From the human T2T-CHM13v2.0 reference genome, Homo sapiens: a stretch of 64,000 nucleotides of DNA. The stretch lies in assembly GCF_009914755.1 (NCBI RefSeq), contig NC_060925.1; one strand, written 5' to 3'. Numbering within the stretch: position 1 is the first letter of the stretch; every line of letters starts with the position of its first letter. Shown here piece by piece: positions 62,414 through 64,000 of the stretch. A program made the position numbers and the translations under genes. The notes under the pieces were generated by a model. The model saw only the letters and a program-made list of their open reading frames with translations. It ran no database searches and was not told where the DNA came from.

Positions 62414-64000
62414 GAACAATATAGGAAAGACTCTTGAGAGAGAGACTAGATTTATTGTATTACACCTTATAAGCATGATACTTAAATATTGTGATATTGT
62501 TATGTTATTCAAGAACACACCTTATTTACCAAGAACTCCTTAGACAACCAAGGCAATATAGAAGACAAAGGTCAGCATACCTCAGGTAATCTCAATAAAA
62601 CTTTTGCTGATGTTATGACATCTTGTGCACAATAAAGCCATTCAAGGAAGAGTCCAAGAGCATTACTAATATTTTAGGTCCCCTGAAAGCTTAACATCTA
62701 TCCGGGCATAAGGAAAGTGTTTTCAGTGAAGATAAGAAAATCAGAGTCAGATGAGTATACAGTTTTCACTCCCACCCAGAAAATGCTTTCCCTTGGAAGT
62801 TAAATTAAGTTAATATTATTTTTGTGAACTATTAATTATTTGATAATTTCAATCACTATATAATCCTACTTGTACATGTTAATAAATATGAGCATGGACA
62901 TATGTGTATACCTCTTAATCCTAGGAGGTATTATTATCATCATTATATTTTATTTGAAGAAATTGATTATGAATGACATTAGAAAGTTCTAATTTTCCTA
63001 GTATATTTAACTTCATCTGTTACTATTTTTCCATCCATAAAAGCTCAGCAACAAGAAATTCTTAGATTTCTCAGAAATTTCTTTTTTTAATATTATATTT
63101 ATTTTTTTTTTCTTTCAGTTATTTAGAACTGCCTTTCCATTGTCTTTAGACATCTTTTACTCTTTTGTTTAATCTGTTTTAAAAAGGAAGGCAGAAGCAT
63201 GGCTCCTTTAGATTGAGGAACAATTGTGATTTTTAGTTTTTATGTGTTGGTGAGTATGGCAGAATGTGGCTTTGACTTTTGTAAATGTCTACCTTAATCC
63301 TCCCTGCCCCATAAACAACATTAATTTAATTTGGAAGTATAAAATTATTTGCTAAATGTATCTAAAACGTTCAACTGTTTCAAAGACAAAATATGGCACA
63401 ACATTTACAAACATCGAATCAATGTTTTCTGTAGCCAGGTTTCATACTTAATACTTAAAATTCAAAAAAAAGGTGAAAAATACACAAGAGTACCTTTCTT
63501 TAAGAAATTTCTTATTGGATCAAATGTAATATAAAATATAATATTAGCATCCAAAGATGTAAACGAATGATTATAGAAGCCAAATGGAAGAATATATTAG
63601 TTTAAACTCTATGAATTAATTAATGCTTCTCAGAAGATGTATATTTTTGAGCTGGATTTGGATAATGAACAAAGTTTTTACAGATGGAAATTGTTCAAAT
63701 AAGGAATGCATTATCTTATGAATTGAGAATAGTAAGAAAAGAGATTTCAAATCTGTGATCACATATTGAGCAAATATATCATATCTAAGTGAGATAATAA
63801 GGTAAGCAGAAGATGCTTATTTATTAAAATGTAATTTTCTCAATGATAGAAATCATCTTTAGAGATTTAAATGAAGAATACCTGGCCGTTCTATATGAAA
63901 CATTATCATTCCCTCTTTGTCCTCATATATGTGTGTCCCTCATAACATGAAACTGAACAGTTTGATATCAATTCCTGAACATAATAGCTAAGGACTAGGC

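Overview
AT-rich, gene-poor primate genomic DNA (human or great ape, judged from L1PA2 and AluY content), intergenic or deep intronic. I find no supportable host exon, RNA gene or CRISPR-like array. Every long ORF is LINE-1 (ORF1, ORF2, ORF0) or Alu-derived. The window holds a full-length dead L1PA3/4 (minus, ~5251-11416), an internally deleted L1PA16 (plus, ~16030-21267), truncated L1PA2, L1PA8-like and L1PB-like copies, older L1M fragments, ten Alus, solo LTRs (MST, MLT1A, MLT1D, THE1D, LOR1), DNA transposon relics (Tigger2a, MER5, MER47A), MIR/L2 relics and several tandem duplications. I found no new enzymatic system. The most interesting signals are mechanistic scars: (1) a ~300-bp inverted templated copy of nearby flank inserted inside the L1PA16; (2) a probable ~250-bp 3' transduction behind the full-length L1; (3) a 17-bp duplication in the retained ZNF93-target segment of that L1's 5'UTR; (4) an ORF0 that stays open for 171 codons and runs out of the L1; (5) a 10-nt twin-priming micro-inversion at the L1PA2 5' junction; (6) an AluY/AluS mosaic. 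Subfamily calls come from recalled consensus diagnostics and need RepeatMasker/Dfam confirmation.
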